Below the pieces are notes generated by a model, which searched no databases, was not told the DNA's origin, and was given only the letters and a program-made list of their open reading frames with translations. From contig NC_068983.1 of NCBI RefSeq assembly GCF_001194135.2, forward strand, positions 119,651,069 through 119,711,374: a stretch of DNA of 60,306 nucleotides, in the 5' to 3' direction. Origin of the DNA: Octopus bimaculoides. Its lineage: Eukaryota. The position numbers were made by a program, and so were the translations under genes. This document shows positions 1-12,525 of this stretch, in pieces. The stretch's first letter is position 1. Each line of letters starts with the position of its first letter.

Positions 1-320
1 TTTCGATTCCCAGACCGGGCATTGTGAGTGTTTATTGAGTGAAAACACCTACAGCTCCATGAGGCTCTGGCAGGGGATGGTGGCGAACCCTGCTGTACTC
101 TTTCACCACAACTTTCTCTCACTCTTACTTCCTGCTTCTGTTGTGCCTGTAATTCAAAGGGTCAGCCTTGTCACACCGTGTCACGCTGAATATCCCCAAG
201 AACTACGTTAAGGGTACATGTGTCTGTGGAGTGCTCAGCCACTTGCATGTTAATTTCCCGAGCAGGCTGTTCTGTTGATCGGATCAACTGGAACCCTCGA
301 CGTTGCGACGGAGTGCCAAA
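1..320 (+). mobile_element. tRNA-derived SINE, family A (cut by window edge)
   Basis: Begins with the B-box remnant TTTCGATTCCCAG and is a near-identical reverse complement of 28616-28993. Confidence 0.85.
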
Positions 321-328
321 AATTATTA

Positions 329-480
329 GGTGCAGCCGTAGCTGTGTAGCTTAGAAGCTTGCTTCCTGGCTATGTGATTTCAGGTTCAGTGCTATTGAGC
401 AGTGCCTTAGCTAAAGTGTCTTCTACTATACATCTTGTGAGTGGATTTATATATGTATATGTATATATATATATATGTGA
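329..480 (+). mobile_element. tRNA-derived SINE, family C head (degenerate)
   Basis: GCTGTGTAG...GGTTCAGT...AAGTGTCTTCTACTATA, shared with many copies in the window. Confidence 0.7.
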
Positions 481-529
481 GTTTGTATGTAACCATATCT
501 TGACATTTACATGATGGCTGTAAGTTAGC

Positions 530-735
530 ATCACCCTCATATAAGCCATGGTGATCATTTCCAGTCTCCTATAGTAGTAACATGTCTGGCCATGGGAAAT
601 ATTACCCTGCTTAGAGACAGGTATGGGTTGGTGACAGGAAGGGCATCTAGCTGTTGAAAGTCTGTCTCAATAAACTCAGTCTGACCCATGCAAGCATGGA
701 AAAGTGAATGTTAAAAATAATGAACAATGATGCAG
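530..735 (+). mobile_element. RTE-type LINE/SINE 3' tail fragment
   Basis: AGGAAGGGCATCTAGCTGT...CCCATGCAAGCATGGAAAAGTG..GTTAAA, as at 7700-7860 and 44880-45040. Confidence 0.65.
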
Positions 736-964
736 CTATTTAATGCTCCCTGCATTAAATATGTTAACACTAACTTTATTATATTTTTTCTGCTGATGGC
801 ATATCTGGGTTTTTATTATTATTATTATTATTTATTTATTTTTTATTCCCTAAACAATTCTGAAATTATGTCACGAGACATGACAATTGGTAAACTGATC
901 TGGGATGAATTACTGGAGTGGCTTCCCCTGTTTCAGTAGTGTAAGTTAACAAGATACTTGTCAA

Positions 965-1175
965 TTTTGTGGTGCTGGCAGGTTGATAACACACCGGGAG
1001 CAACGTTTAGCAGCATTTCGTCCATCTTTATGTTCTGAGCTCAAATTCCGCTGAGGTTGACTTTGCTTTTCCTCCTTTTGGGGTCGATAAAATAAATACT
1101 AGTTGAGCACAGGCGTTGCTAAAACCGACTTACCCCATTCCCCAAATTTACTGGCTTTGTGCCAAAATTTGAAAT
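965..1175 (+). mobile_element. SINE family B (core CCTTTCATCCTTTTGGGGTCGATAAAAT-AGTACC)
   Basis: Same core at 2708-2930(+), about 16440-16560(-), 19675-19810(-), 29990-30200(-) and 43477-43690(+). Confidence 0.75.
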
Positions 1176-1292
1176 CAATTTTACAGTGTTGTTACTATCA
1201 TCAATTAGGTGGTATGTTCAGTTACGTGTTCTGGCAATGGATAACAATGGATGTGTACTGATAACATTGTAGCTATTGCTACACAACATCTT

Positions 1293-1324
<32 letters not shown>

Positions 1325-1425
1325 GCACATACAAGATTTTTGTTACTATTTGTTTTATTGTGTTGTATTCATAAAAAAAATATTTGTATTATATAACTTA
1401 TGGTAAAGGCAACAAATTCTAAATA

Positions 1426-2666
1426 TTAGGTTGGCTGAAAAGTTCATTTGTTTTTTCTGGACACTAAACTTCAAGCACACTAATAAGTAGCTAACTTTGG
1501 TCTGTCTTTGTGCAGGCACACTCGTTAGATACTTGACACTTCAGCATACTTTGGGAAGAATATCCGATAAGCCAGGTTGTATTTTGTGTGCTTGGGATCA
1601 CCTTGGAAATTGAGAACCAAAACGAACATTATCAACACCTCATGCTTTTGATATTTTAAAAAAAAGCAAGAGAGCTGTGGAAACCTACTGGAAGATATGT
1701 ACCTTGTATGGAGAGAATGCTGTTTTGGGATGTATGTGCCAAAAATAGTTTCTAGAATTTCAATTGAGAAGTTTTGCGGTTCAAGATGCACCTCACCCTG
1801 GCTGGCCACCTGATACTAACAGCAACACAAACCCCCATTATATGACCAAAATGATCCAGGCACTTCCCAAATATCCAAATTGTGTACTGAAAACCATATA
1901 TATCAACTTTGTTACATCAGCAGGGTTGATGATTGGGACCCACATTAATTGAGTGAGGAGAAGACTATCCAATGAATGTCCATGTGCAATTCATTGCAAA
2001 TGCATGAAGAAAGCATTCCTATTTTGAAGAGAATGGTAACAAAGGATAAAACTGGATTGTCTATAACAACGTGAAGTGCAAACTATCACAGGGAAAGCAT
2101 GGTGAACTATCACAACCTCCGAGCAAGAGTTCACTCAAAGAAAGCTATGCTTTCAATTTGGTGGGACTGGAGGGTTGTTGTCTTTTACAAGCTTTTCCCC
2201 ATGAATAGAATCATCAATTCAGATGTTTACTGTGATCAGCTGGACAAACTAAACATGATAATGCATCAGAACTGTCCAAAACTTGCTAATCATAAGGTTA
2301 TTGTTTTTCATCATGACAATGCTAAACTGCACACTTCTTTGCAAATGTGGCAGAAATTACTAGGGTTTTGCTGAAAAGTTTTGCCACACCTTCCATATTC
2401 ACTCAACCTTGCACCTTCAGATTTTCATCTGTTTCAGCCTCTTCAAAATTCTTTGAATGGAAAGACCTTCAACTCTGAAGAGGATGTAAAAATCACAGTA
2501 GAACAGCAAATTCCTTGAGTACGGAATCATGGATCTAACCACAAGAGGGCAGAAGATACTGGAACAAATTGGTTAATTATATCATTGATTGAGTAAACTG
2601 CTTTGTATTTATAACTTGTGTGTTATTTTTGCTTAAAATACTGAACAAACTTTTTGACCAACTCAA
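1426..2666 (+). mobile_element. Full-length degenerate mariner (DD34D) transposon, about 1.24 kb
   Basis: TA|TTAGGTTGGCTGAAAAGTT...AACTTTTTGACCAACTCAA|TA termini. Broken transposase: HYQHLML, DAPHPGWP (DAPRSGRP-like), WDPH (WVPHEL-like), KRMVT, MLSIWWDW, HHDNAKLH, LPYSLNLAPSDFHLF. Confidence 0.93.
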
Positions 2667-2707
2667 TACTAAGTCCATGTTGCTGAAAGAATGTACCAAG
2701 TGTTGTT

Positions 2708-2930
2708 ATTAATTTTAGTCGGTGAGCTGGTAGAATCATTAGCATGCTGAACAAAATGCTTAGCAGCATATCTTTTGGCTTTACATATTGAATTCAAATT
2801 TTGCCAAGATTCACTCTGCCATTCATTCTTTTGGGGTTGATAAAATAAGTACCAGTTCAGTACTGGGGTTGATGTCATTGACAAGCTCCCTCCTCCAAAA
2901 TTTCTAACATTCTTCCTGTAGTAGAAAGAA
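2708..2930 (+). mobile_element. SINE family B
   Basis: GGTGAGCTGGTAGAATCATTAGC head plus GGGGTTGATAAAATAAGTACC core. Confidence 0.75.
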
Positions 2931-5926
2931 TTAAGTTTGGTGGTGGTGATGGAGTTTTAGTCAAAACTCCATTACCACCAAAATTAGTAATACTATGGTA
3001 CCAACATACAGCTTTTCACCCTCCTTGCGGAAAACGGAAATGGAGTTTTAGTCAATATTCCTTCTCCAATTACCACAAGATGGGAAAAATTCATCACTAA
3101 AAGTAACAAAAGTACTGCAAATTGACAATTAGTTCTCAGCGCTCAGTTCAATATTCCTTAAAAACATCTCCATGACTACAAATAATGATGAATGAAAACC
3201 AAATAACATGATTCCAAAAACTGAGACATGCAATTTATTTGCTGAAGAATTAATACCACACTTTGGATTAAATAAAAACATTTCTTAAGACTCTCAACTT
3301 ATCTAAAATTTTATAAGATAATTTAAGCATACACAATAATTGTTTAGCAAAACATAATTGAACCAAATATTTATTTACTAAGCTGGACATAATTAAACTA
3401 TACCAGATACAGATAGGTGTTTAGTAAAATATTTGTTTAGTAACACAGACCATCACAAATGATCATTTTATAAGTAGGACATCATTTAACTGAATAATTG
3501 CCTTGTTAATGAAGCATAATTTAATCTTTCTAAATAATTATATTAAAATTAGATTTATTTTCTACATTTTATAGCTTGCCTTTGTGAATAACAGAGTTGC
3601 TGGTTATATGTTTCTGACAGGTCAATCACTGGGCCTGTGTTTTCAATGGTGAGAGTGTGAAAAGAGTATCTGCACAACCAGGGCAAAATAAATACCTTGG
3701 AGAGTTTTTGTTTTGTGCACTGTTTTGTCACCAATGTGTATATTTTTGCTGATAGACAAACGTGCATATGCACATTTACACACATGCACACACGTGCACA
3801 CACACACACACACACACATGCACACACACACACACATTGAATGGACTCAGCTTGGTTTGATGGTTAAGAAGTTTGTTTTGCAATCAAGGGGACCAAGATT
3901 CAATCATACGCTATTGTATCTCAGATAGTTGTCTTTTACCACAACCTTAGTTTGATCTATTCCTTTAGAGTGAAATTGGATTGGCAGAAACTGTTTCAAT
4001 GTCCACTGGATTAATCATTTAAGTAAGTGAAAAAAAAAAAGGATTCAACCTTGTTACATATTGATTCATGGTGATTCTCCCTTTGAATTCCATTAAAGGT
4101 ATAGATGACTGTCACTGCTCAGCTACTTCATATGTTAATTCAAAGAGAAGCTGATTCAACTGATCGAATAACTGAATACTCATCATTAGAATTGATGGGA
4201 GATCATTTTAATTTAAATAGTTTGAGTTTGTAAATTTATGTCTTTGTGTCATAGTGGAAATTTTAATTTATACCTGTGGTTTGACACATCTCAGCTTCAC
4301 ACACACACACTAGCTTTATCTGTGGAGAATGACATAAGAAAATATAGTTAATCTTTATATGAAGATGCTGATTTTGTTTTCCTTTTTAGTATGATGATAG
4401 GATACAGTGTTCCTAGTATTTGCCAACTAGTGGTTTGATGTGTTCAAGTACAGTTTGAATTTTTAACCATCCAGTTTTGAAACAACTGCCTGGGCTCATT
4501 AGGAAGCTTAGTTTTTGAGATGCAGTTTTAGCAGTGTTATTAATGGTCAACATGAATGGTAATAAAATAGTATCAGGCTTCACTAAATTTTATGTGTCTT
4601 TTTACCAATAAAGTAACAATAGTATTGGAGATATGGTTTCATGTTATATGTAGTGGTTGTTAAATTGCTGGTGAATGAGTCAAGATTTTCATGTCTCAAC
4701 TGGAAGCTGTTCTTATGGGCTCTAGGCATTAGCACAGAAAATGTTTAATGTAAGGTGTCTAGTTTACATGCAGATGATACTTGTGCGTGTAATGTTAAGG
4801 TGTAAAAGATGGTACAATCTGTGTGAGAATGTGTATGTAGCTGTATAGCTAACACTGAACAAGTTGTTAATATGCAGGAAGAGTGTGAGAGGCATGTACA
4901 GGAATTATAGATATGATAATGAACTTATTGTATAGTGTTTAGGTGCACTACAACTCACCAGAAAAGGTGGCAAAAAATGCACATACAGTACACAGAATAA
5001 GACACATAAAAGACAGAAAAAGGGACAGTGAAGGAGTCATGAAAAAGCAACTCCAGGTGTAGTGTTAGTTAATTTTGGAAAGCATGGCAGACCTGAAGTA
5101 TTAGTTTGTGAGTCAGAGAGATACCCTCTGACACAGTGATCTAATAAAAAAAAATTTTCAAACCTAAGAACTGTGAGGCAGATGGAGACCAAAGCAACCA
5201 ACTAGGCTGGAATGTTGTCGTGCTACATACAGTGAAAACTTGGCTGATATCAAGAACAACTAATGCTTTTCATAGACTTTTGAAGAGCAGAAGACCATTG
5301 ATGTGTATGATGTAGCTTTAAGGTACAATACTGTCGGTCACTGATAAGGGAAGAAGTTCAAGGTGATAAGGATATTTATGATTGTTTATTTTTATTACTT
5401 GTTAGAAGTGAAGGCAATAGATTGGTGATAGTGTGAAATACATATAAAAATTAAGACCTCAAGTATTACACACACTCACACGTACACACACACCCTTGTT
5501 AATGCAAAAAAAAGAAACTTATACATAAATTAAGGTTACTTATAACAATGACAGTGAAAGGAATGGGTTTTCAACAATTGTTTTACCTTGCAGTTTGCAC
5601 TACCACTTACCAAATGACAGCTTGCTTGTAACTAACTAAACAATTGAATATTTCATTAAGAGTTTAGTGGTATTTTCAGTTAAAAATAAGCTACTGTTTT
5701 GATAAACATCAATAAGAAATTTAAAGAAAGCAACTGCTTAAAATCCAATTCTTTCACTGTTTTGATGTGTGTGTGTGTATCAATCCTTTATACATACATA
5801 TGTATATATATGTATATGTGTATATATGTATATATATGTATATATAAGAAAAAGAAAATGGAGATTAGTGAGTTAATAATTGTTTATTATTAATAGATCA
5901 ATCATAAAGCTAACATAACCTCTAAT

Positions 5927-5962
<36 letters not shown>

Positions 5963-6065
5963 NNNNNNNNNNNNNNNNNNNNNNNNNNNNNNNNNNNNNN
6001 NNNNNNNNNNNNNNNNNNNNNNNNNNNNNNNNNNNNNNNNNNNNNNNNNNNNNTATATATATATA

Positions 6066-6385
6066 TAAAAGAACACAAATGGGAATTGAAATTTATGATA
6101 GCTGTTTTGATAGAATTTTGTTAAAGTATTCATAGATTACATCATAGCATAATCCACTATCTTCAGGTAAAATTTTAAACAGGCATCAAATATGTGAAAT
6201 AAAATTTTGATGACAAATCCAACCAATGTTACGTTGGTTGGACCTGTCATCATCAACATAGTGTTACCTGTTTAAACCTGTTTAAAATTTTACCTGAAGA
6301 TGGTGGATTGTAATCTACGACTACATCAATGAAATCCTACTGAAACAACTGTCAGATTTTGAACCCCATTTGTGTTCTTTTTTAT
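6066..6385. repeat. Imperfect palindrome with outward-facing Penelope-type hammerhead-like motifs
   Basis: Arms about 6066-6185 and 6280-6385 are reverse complements. The right arm has CTGAAGA...GAAAC-AACT-GTC and the centre is the hairpin CCAACCAATGTTACGTTGGTTGG. Confidence 0.7.
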
Positions 6386-6638
6386 TCTTACACTGCACCT
6401 AGAACCATCCTGAGTCAGATCTATGATTTAAATTGGATTTGGTACTTACATATCTGCAGTAAACTACCAACATATGATGCCATCAAAGTTCTTTTACTGC
6501 ATTGTGAACTCTATGTTATTATACCTAGTCATTTCTGGCATCCTAAGTGTCGATGTGCCTAGATTCTAATGAATCCTATAAATAATCTGTCTGTCAAAAT
6601 TATCACAAGACTGTTACTCAGAGTTTTACATTCCCGTT

Positions 6639-6685
<47 letters not shown>

Positions 6686-7119
6686 GTGCAGTCAAATGGC
6701 TGAAATAAGTAAAACAAATAAAAGAATAGAAGAATATGTATTTCTAGCATAAGCTTAAGACCTTACATTTAGGTGAGGGAGGGTTATAATTAATTATTTA
6801 TGTGAAAACATCTTGTAATTCTTCATTTTTTGCTGGACTTTTATTCATATGTTGTTGAGCATAAAACTGCTTCATGGACATTATCATTTTACTTTATAGT
6901 GACTACAGCCAAATACCATAAATAGCAAAAATACTGTGCCTAGACTGGCAATTGTACATGAGTTACTGGTTCATTTTGTAAGTAAGATGAACACTGTTTT
7001 ATGGTGACTATTTGGTAAGGCATGGACACATACCCTGAAAGGGATAAAAAAAAAAAAAAAGTCTGTTTCTCGAGAAAGAAATGACAGACTGCTATTGCAA
7101 TGCTATGATAGAATGCAAT

Positions 7120-7174
<55 letters not shown>

Positions 7175-7185
7175 ATATATATATA

Positions 7186-7860
7186 GTGCCCCTGGACTGG
7201 CTCTTGTGAGGGTGGCACATAAGATGCACCATTTTGAGCGTGGCCGTTGCCAGTACCGCCTGACTGGCCTCCATAGGATTTTCGAGCGAGATCGTTGCCA
7301 GTGCCCCTGGACTGGCTTGTGCGGGTGGCACATAAAAGACACCATTTCGAGNNNNNNNNNNNNNNNNNNNNNNNNNNNNNNNNNNNNNNNNNNNNNNNNN
7401 NNNNNNNNNNNNNNNNNNNNNNNNNNNNNNNNNNNNNNNNNNNNNTGTGTGTGTGTATATATATATAGTGCCCCTGGACTGGCTCTTGTGAGGGTGGCAC
7501 ATAAGATGCACCATTTTGAGCGTGGCCGTTGCCAGTACCGCCTGACTGGCCTCCATAGGATTTTCGAGCGAGATCGTTGCCAGTGCCCCTGGACTGGCTT
7601 GTGCGGGTGGCACATAAAAGACACCATTTCGAGCGTGGCCGTTGCCAGTATCGCCTGACTGGCCTTCGTGCAGGTGACACGTAAAAGCACCTACTACACT
7701 CTCTGAGTGGTTGGCGTTAGGAAGGGCATCCAGCTGTAGAAACTGCCAAATTTAGATTGGAGCCTGGTGTTGCCATCCGGTTTCACCAGTCCTCAGTCAA
7801 GTCATCCAACCCATGCTAGCATGGAAAGCGGACGTTAAACGATGATGATGATGATGATGA
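7186..7860 (+). mobile_element. RTE-type element 3' region with internal subrepeats and (GAT)n tail; part duplicated across the N gap
   Basis: Alternating GAGCGAGATCGTTGCCAGTG / GAGCGTGGCCGTTGCCAGTA units ending in GGACGTTAAACGATGATGAT; copies at 44745-45040(+) and 21540-21860(-). Confidence 0.8.
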
Positions 7861-8052
7861 TATATATATATATGGTATGCATATAATGTAATGACAATGC
7901 TTTATCAAAATTCAAGGATATAATAATATTATAAAATGCTCTAACAAAATTTTATGTAGAATGATATGTTACAATGATATAATGCTTTGTTAAAAACATC
8001 TGAGAAATGTTGTACTGCACTGTGTAACCAATTCATATTCACCATGATTTGA

Positions 8053-8600
8053 TTATAAAGGAGATGAGTATTCTTCATCAGAACTCTCACTGGTATCACT
8101 AAGACTTTCTTTTGAGTCAAAATATACAGATTTACATGATACTCTATTAATTTCTCTCATTGGTAAATTACATGACAATTTCATTGAACGTTGACCTCTT
8201 GTTAAATGCTGTCTTGTCTGTGTTTGTTTTTTTCTATTTACTGATTGTTTGCTATATTTTCTTTCCAGCTCAACAGAATGGGCAGTGTTGGAGCGCTTCA
8301 TTTGTTGAATATATTGTTTCAGTTTGTTTTGATTGTCAACAGATTTGATGGGAAGACGTTTGACATTCTTGAACTGAACTGGCACTTTCTTTGGCAAGAA
8401 TCTGTTCAGTTCAACTTGCTGAGCAATACATTCCTTAATGTCATCTATGTGTAACAATGTGTTGAATTCTGTAAGTTTTGTCAGTCGATCAAAAGCCAGA
8501 TTATTATAGCTGAAGTTAAATGTTGAATATGGTGTGTCTGGATCATCATAAATGTTGAAGTCTGCAAATTCTTTTTCCTCTTGTGTTTCTCTTGGAACAC
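8053..8600 (-). CDS. PLA2G4A: cPLA2 terminal exon 16 (548 bp to stop) [30 protein letters not shown]...EEYSSPL*
   Basis: ttctgaag|GT; GVPRE and STFNF.Y motifs, open to TAA at 8053-8055. Confidence 0.94.
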
Positions 8601-11600
8601 CTTCAGAAAATAAAGCAAAAGTTGATTAATATTGTAATAAAGTCATAAAATTGATAAGGTATTGGATTATGAATTATTATGAATGTACTTATATTGGCTT
8701 AAACTCTCGTTTTTGATCATCATGAAATACAAAGTGGAATGTTTTTAATCTTGTATTCAATATTTTGAAAAGAATTTATGATTATCATTTAAAGAACATA
8801 TTTAACCTGCTTTATATGAGTCTGTAAGGTGATTTAACTGCTTCTAAAATAATGTCTTTTTTTATAACATCTACTAATTGCTTAGTCAAAGGAAGTAAGT
8901 GGAGGGAAGTTATGGAAAAAGGATACCCAGGAAGATATGAAAGGAAATTTTGAAAGCTGATCTCAAAATGCTGAACCTTCTGGAGATGATAGGGGACTGA
9001 GATGTGTTGTACATTGTTGTACTTGAGAAGATTCACTCATCACAACAGAATTGGAGACACTAAAACCAAGGTACCATGTAAAAAGCATTGGTGCTGGGGC
9101 CACTTAAAAAAGCATCTGTGATAGAGCTACATAAAAAGCACCCAGTACACTCTGTAGAGTGGTTGGTATTGGAGGAGGGGCATCCAGCCATAAAAACCAA
9201 ACCAAAACAGACTATGGAACTTGATGTGGTCCCTGGCCTTACCAGCTCCTGTCAAGCCATTCAACCTATGTTGGCATGGAAGATGGACGTTAAATGATGA
9301 CGATGACGACGGCAATGATGAAGCAAGCATTCTGGATCCTTTTTGGGCATCCAAGACTTGTAGGGAAAATTAAGGAAGTTGTTCTCAGACTGGAGTTCTT
9401 GCTTGAATGATTACAACAAAGTGGACTCTACTAATGGTACCCATGGTCTAGATGACCTGGTAATGCATTAAATGTGCCACTTAACAGGAATGGACTCTCT
9501 CGCAGGCTTTCATATTTATCAAGTTGCTCTTGTGAGTTTAGCATATTCTTAACCTCACAGCCATGCATTTATTTAAGTAATCCTTAATATTGGTTCTGGA
9601 ATATTTATTTTTATCACAGTATATGCATTTCCATGTTGTGGATGCAATTTCATCTTTTATTGTATCATTGCAATGCAACTGCTACCAAAAAGCTTAAATG
9701 CAATCTCTGATAAAGATACTCTATTTAATAAAAATAAATTTCACATGTTACCACAGATGAATATGAATACTAAGTCAGTTTTTACCTGGTTCCTTAAACT
9801 GTCTGAATTTTAAGTTACACAACACAAAATGCATGACCACTGGGCAGTATGGGTCATCTGGATGACGGAAGATATATAATTCTTTCATTCCTTCTTTTTC
9901 AAAGACTGAAGTATCAATAGGAGGGAAAGGTAAGTTGTTTATTCGAGCCCACTTTTCAGCCAACAAAAGTTCCTGCAATAATTAAACCAGATTTAGTGGT
10001 AATCTTCTTTGAATAGATTTAGAACAGGTAGATAAAAAAAATCAAATTAGAGAGGTTCTAATATATTTAACATAAACTAAACTTTTTAAAATTGAATATT
10101 GAATGCCAGTATGGAAGATTAACATTAAATAATGGCAATGGATGATAATTATATGATTCAAACATTAAATCCAACAGTTGAAGCTTTATTGCATAAGAAA
10201 TGCTTCCAATTCATGGGTAATATTTGTACTATTAAGATTGTTCTCAAGAAAATTCTTAGATTAGACATACAGATTATACCTACTTTGAATGGTTCTGCAT
10301 CATCAGAGTCTCGTGCGCTGAAGTCAAAAGATAATATGAGTTTTACACCTCGCTGGGGTCGTAGTATCAAAGGAAAAGGAGAGTTGAAAGTGAGACCAGC
10401 ATCTACCATGTATAAGCGTTTCTCTTTTGTATTTGCCATCTCAAAATTGCCATCAAATTCATCAGCTGTAAAATGGAATGAGAAATGTCAATCAGTAAAT
10501 ATCCTTATAAAAAGACTATTATTTTTGTATATGAGGTAATTTCCTGTTATATTATAAACTAGCAGAGATACCCGGCCTTGCTTGGGATGAAAATGGCATA
10601 GATTTTATTGCTTTACTTGTTTCTGTCATGTGACTGCGGCCATGGTGGAGCGTTTCGTAACATTGTTTACAAAATAATAGCTGATCGGTTGTGAAGGACC
10701 GTGTCTACAGTGAACAGTGATGATTTTTGCTCTGGTAACTACTGCTGTCTGCCCTGTTCACGCACGACCAGCTATATGTGGGTATGAGTAGAGCNNNNNN
10801 NNNNNNNNNNNNNNNNNNNNNNNNNNNNNNNNNNNNNNNNNNNNNNNNNNNNNNNNNNNNNNNNNNNNNNNNNNNNNNNNNNNNNNNNNNNNNNNNNNNN
10901 NNNNNNNNNNNNNNNNNNNNNNNNNNNNNNNNNNNNNNNNNNNNNNNNNNNNNNNNNNNNNNNNNNNNNNNNNNNNNNNNNNNNNNNNNNNNNNNNNNNN
11001 NNNNNNNNNNNNNNNNNNNNNNNNNNNNNNNNNNNNNNNNNNNNNNNNNNNNNNNNNNNNNNNNNNNNNNNNNNNNNNNNNNNNNNNNNNNNNNNNNNNN
11101 NNNNNNNNNNNNNNNNNNNNNNNNNNNNNNNNNNNNNNNNNNNNNNNNNNNNNNNAGGTGTGGATTTCTATAGATGCAACACACACACACACACTCACAA
11201 ACTCAGCTATACTATAGTTATTATCTCTGTTGCTCTGTGTCTTTGCACCGTTGCTAGAAGGGGACTGAACTCATGTTTGCAAATAATGGCGACTTGAAAC
11301 TTGTTAGAATTTATGGTTTAAAATTATTTTTAATGCAAAAATTCATGTGTTAGGAAGCAATGAACAAAAAACAAATAGCTGATTCCGGGCATTTTCGACC
11401 ATGAGGAATCCATTGGTGCGACTTCCAGATTACTATCTTGTAAGGTGTGGATTTCTATAGATGCAACACACACTCACAAACTCAGCTATATAGATATTAG
11501 ATATAGATATTAGATATGTAATGATTAACTTAAAAAGTTTCAAAATATCTTGTATTCATGTATTTTAAAGTCACTTAAGCTGGCCTTCTTCAGGCAAGTG

Positions 11601-12479
11601 TAGAGAAGAAACCTGAACCAGGAAGAGGAAGCTTCAAGATCCCCTTGATGTTATGTGCATCAGGTTCCTCATGAGGGTTCAGAACATCTCCTGGCATGAA
11701 TACAAGACCAAAGAGGAGATTTATGGACATATTTCCTGCATCTTTAAAATTGTTGCTCAGCACAAAGTAGGCTTTACTAGCCACTGCTATCATGTTGAAC
11801 CACAAGACGTATCAGACTTCTGAACTTTAATAGAAAACAAAGACCATACAGCTACCTTGGTGTTATTGATAGAGACACACAATGTGAAATTGAAGACTTA
11901 CTAAGGCTACGCAAGGACTGAAATTCTTGGCATGACTTTGGAAAATCGATCTTGGTTACAGCCACTTGAAAAAGAAGAAATTATCATAGAGTTTTAGCTA
12001 AAGATATTCTCAAGATGGATATTTGTGAGGAAGGGCTTTGAATCTTCTAATTCCATATTATAGAACAACTGTTATACAGTGATGGGAATGAGTATTAAGA
12101 AGTAGGAGTGAAGTAAGGTCTGAGAGACTGGGATTAGGAAGGTAGGATTAGGTATCATAAGTCACTCCTGAATACTCCACAATTTCCGTCATTGCTGTTA
12201 TAGTCCTAAAATCGAACTGTTTTTTAACTTGTTTCTTCGCTGACTTCGACAGCAGTCTTAGCTCCTATAAAATTGCTTATCCCTTCTTATACTCTGAGGT
12301 TAAAGCTCACAAGCGAGACCACATAACTTAGTTACTTTTGATGACTCAAGATAATGGATCGAGAAAAGCAACTCTCAAACCTTTCTTTGCTACAATTTCT
12401 ACAAGACCGTAGGGTTGTCTTTTCTTGGATTAGGATATGGTTTCTGCATGTGTATGTGTGCGTGTGTGCATGTGTGTGG

Positions 12480-12525
<46 letters not shown>

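Noticed and set aside
6940-7690. Long ORFs (165-246 aa) with repeated peptide blocks
   Set aside because: They are translations of an RTE-type subrepeat plus Ns. 7161-7351 is repeated at 7446-7632 across the gap, which points to overlapping contig ends.
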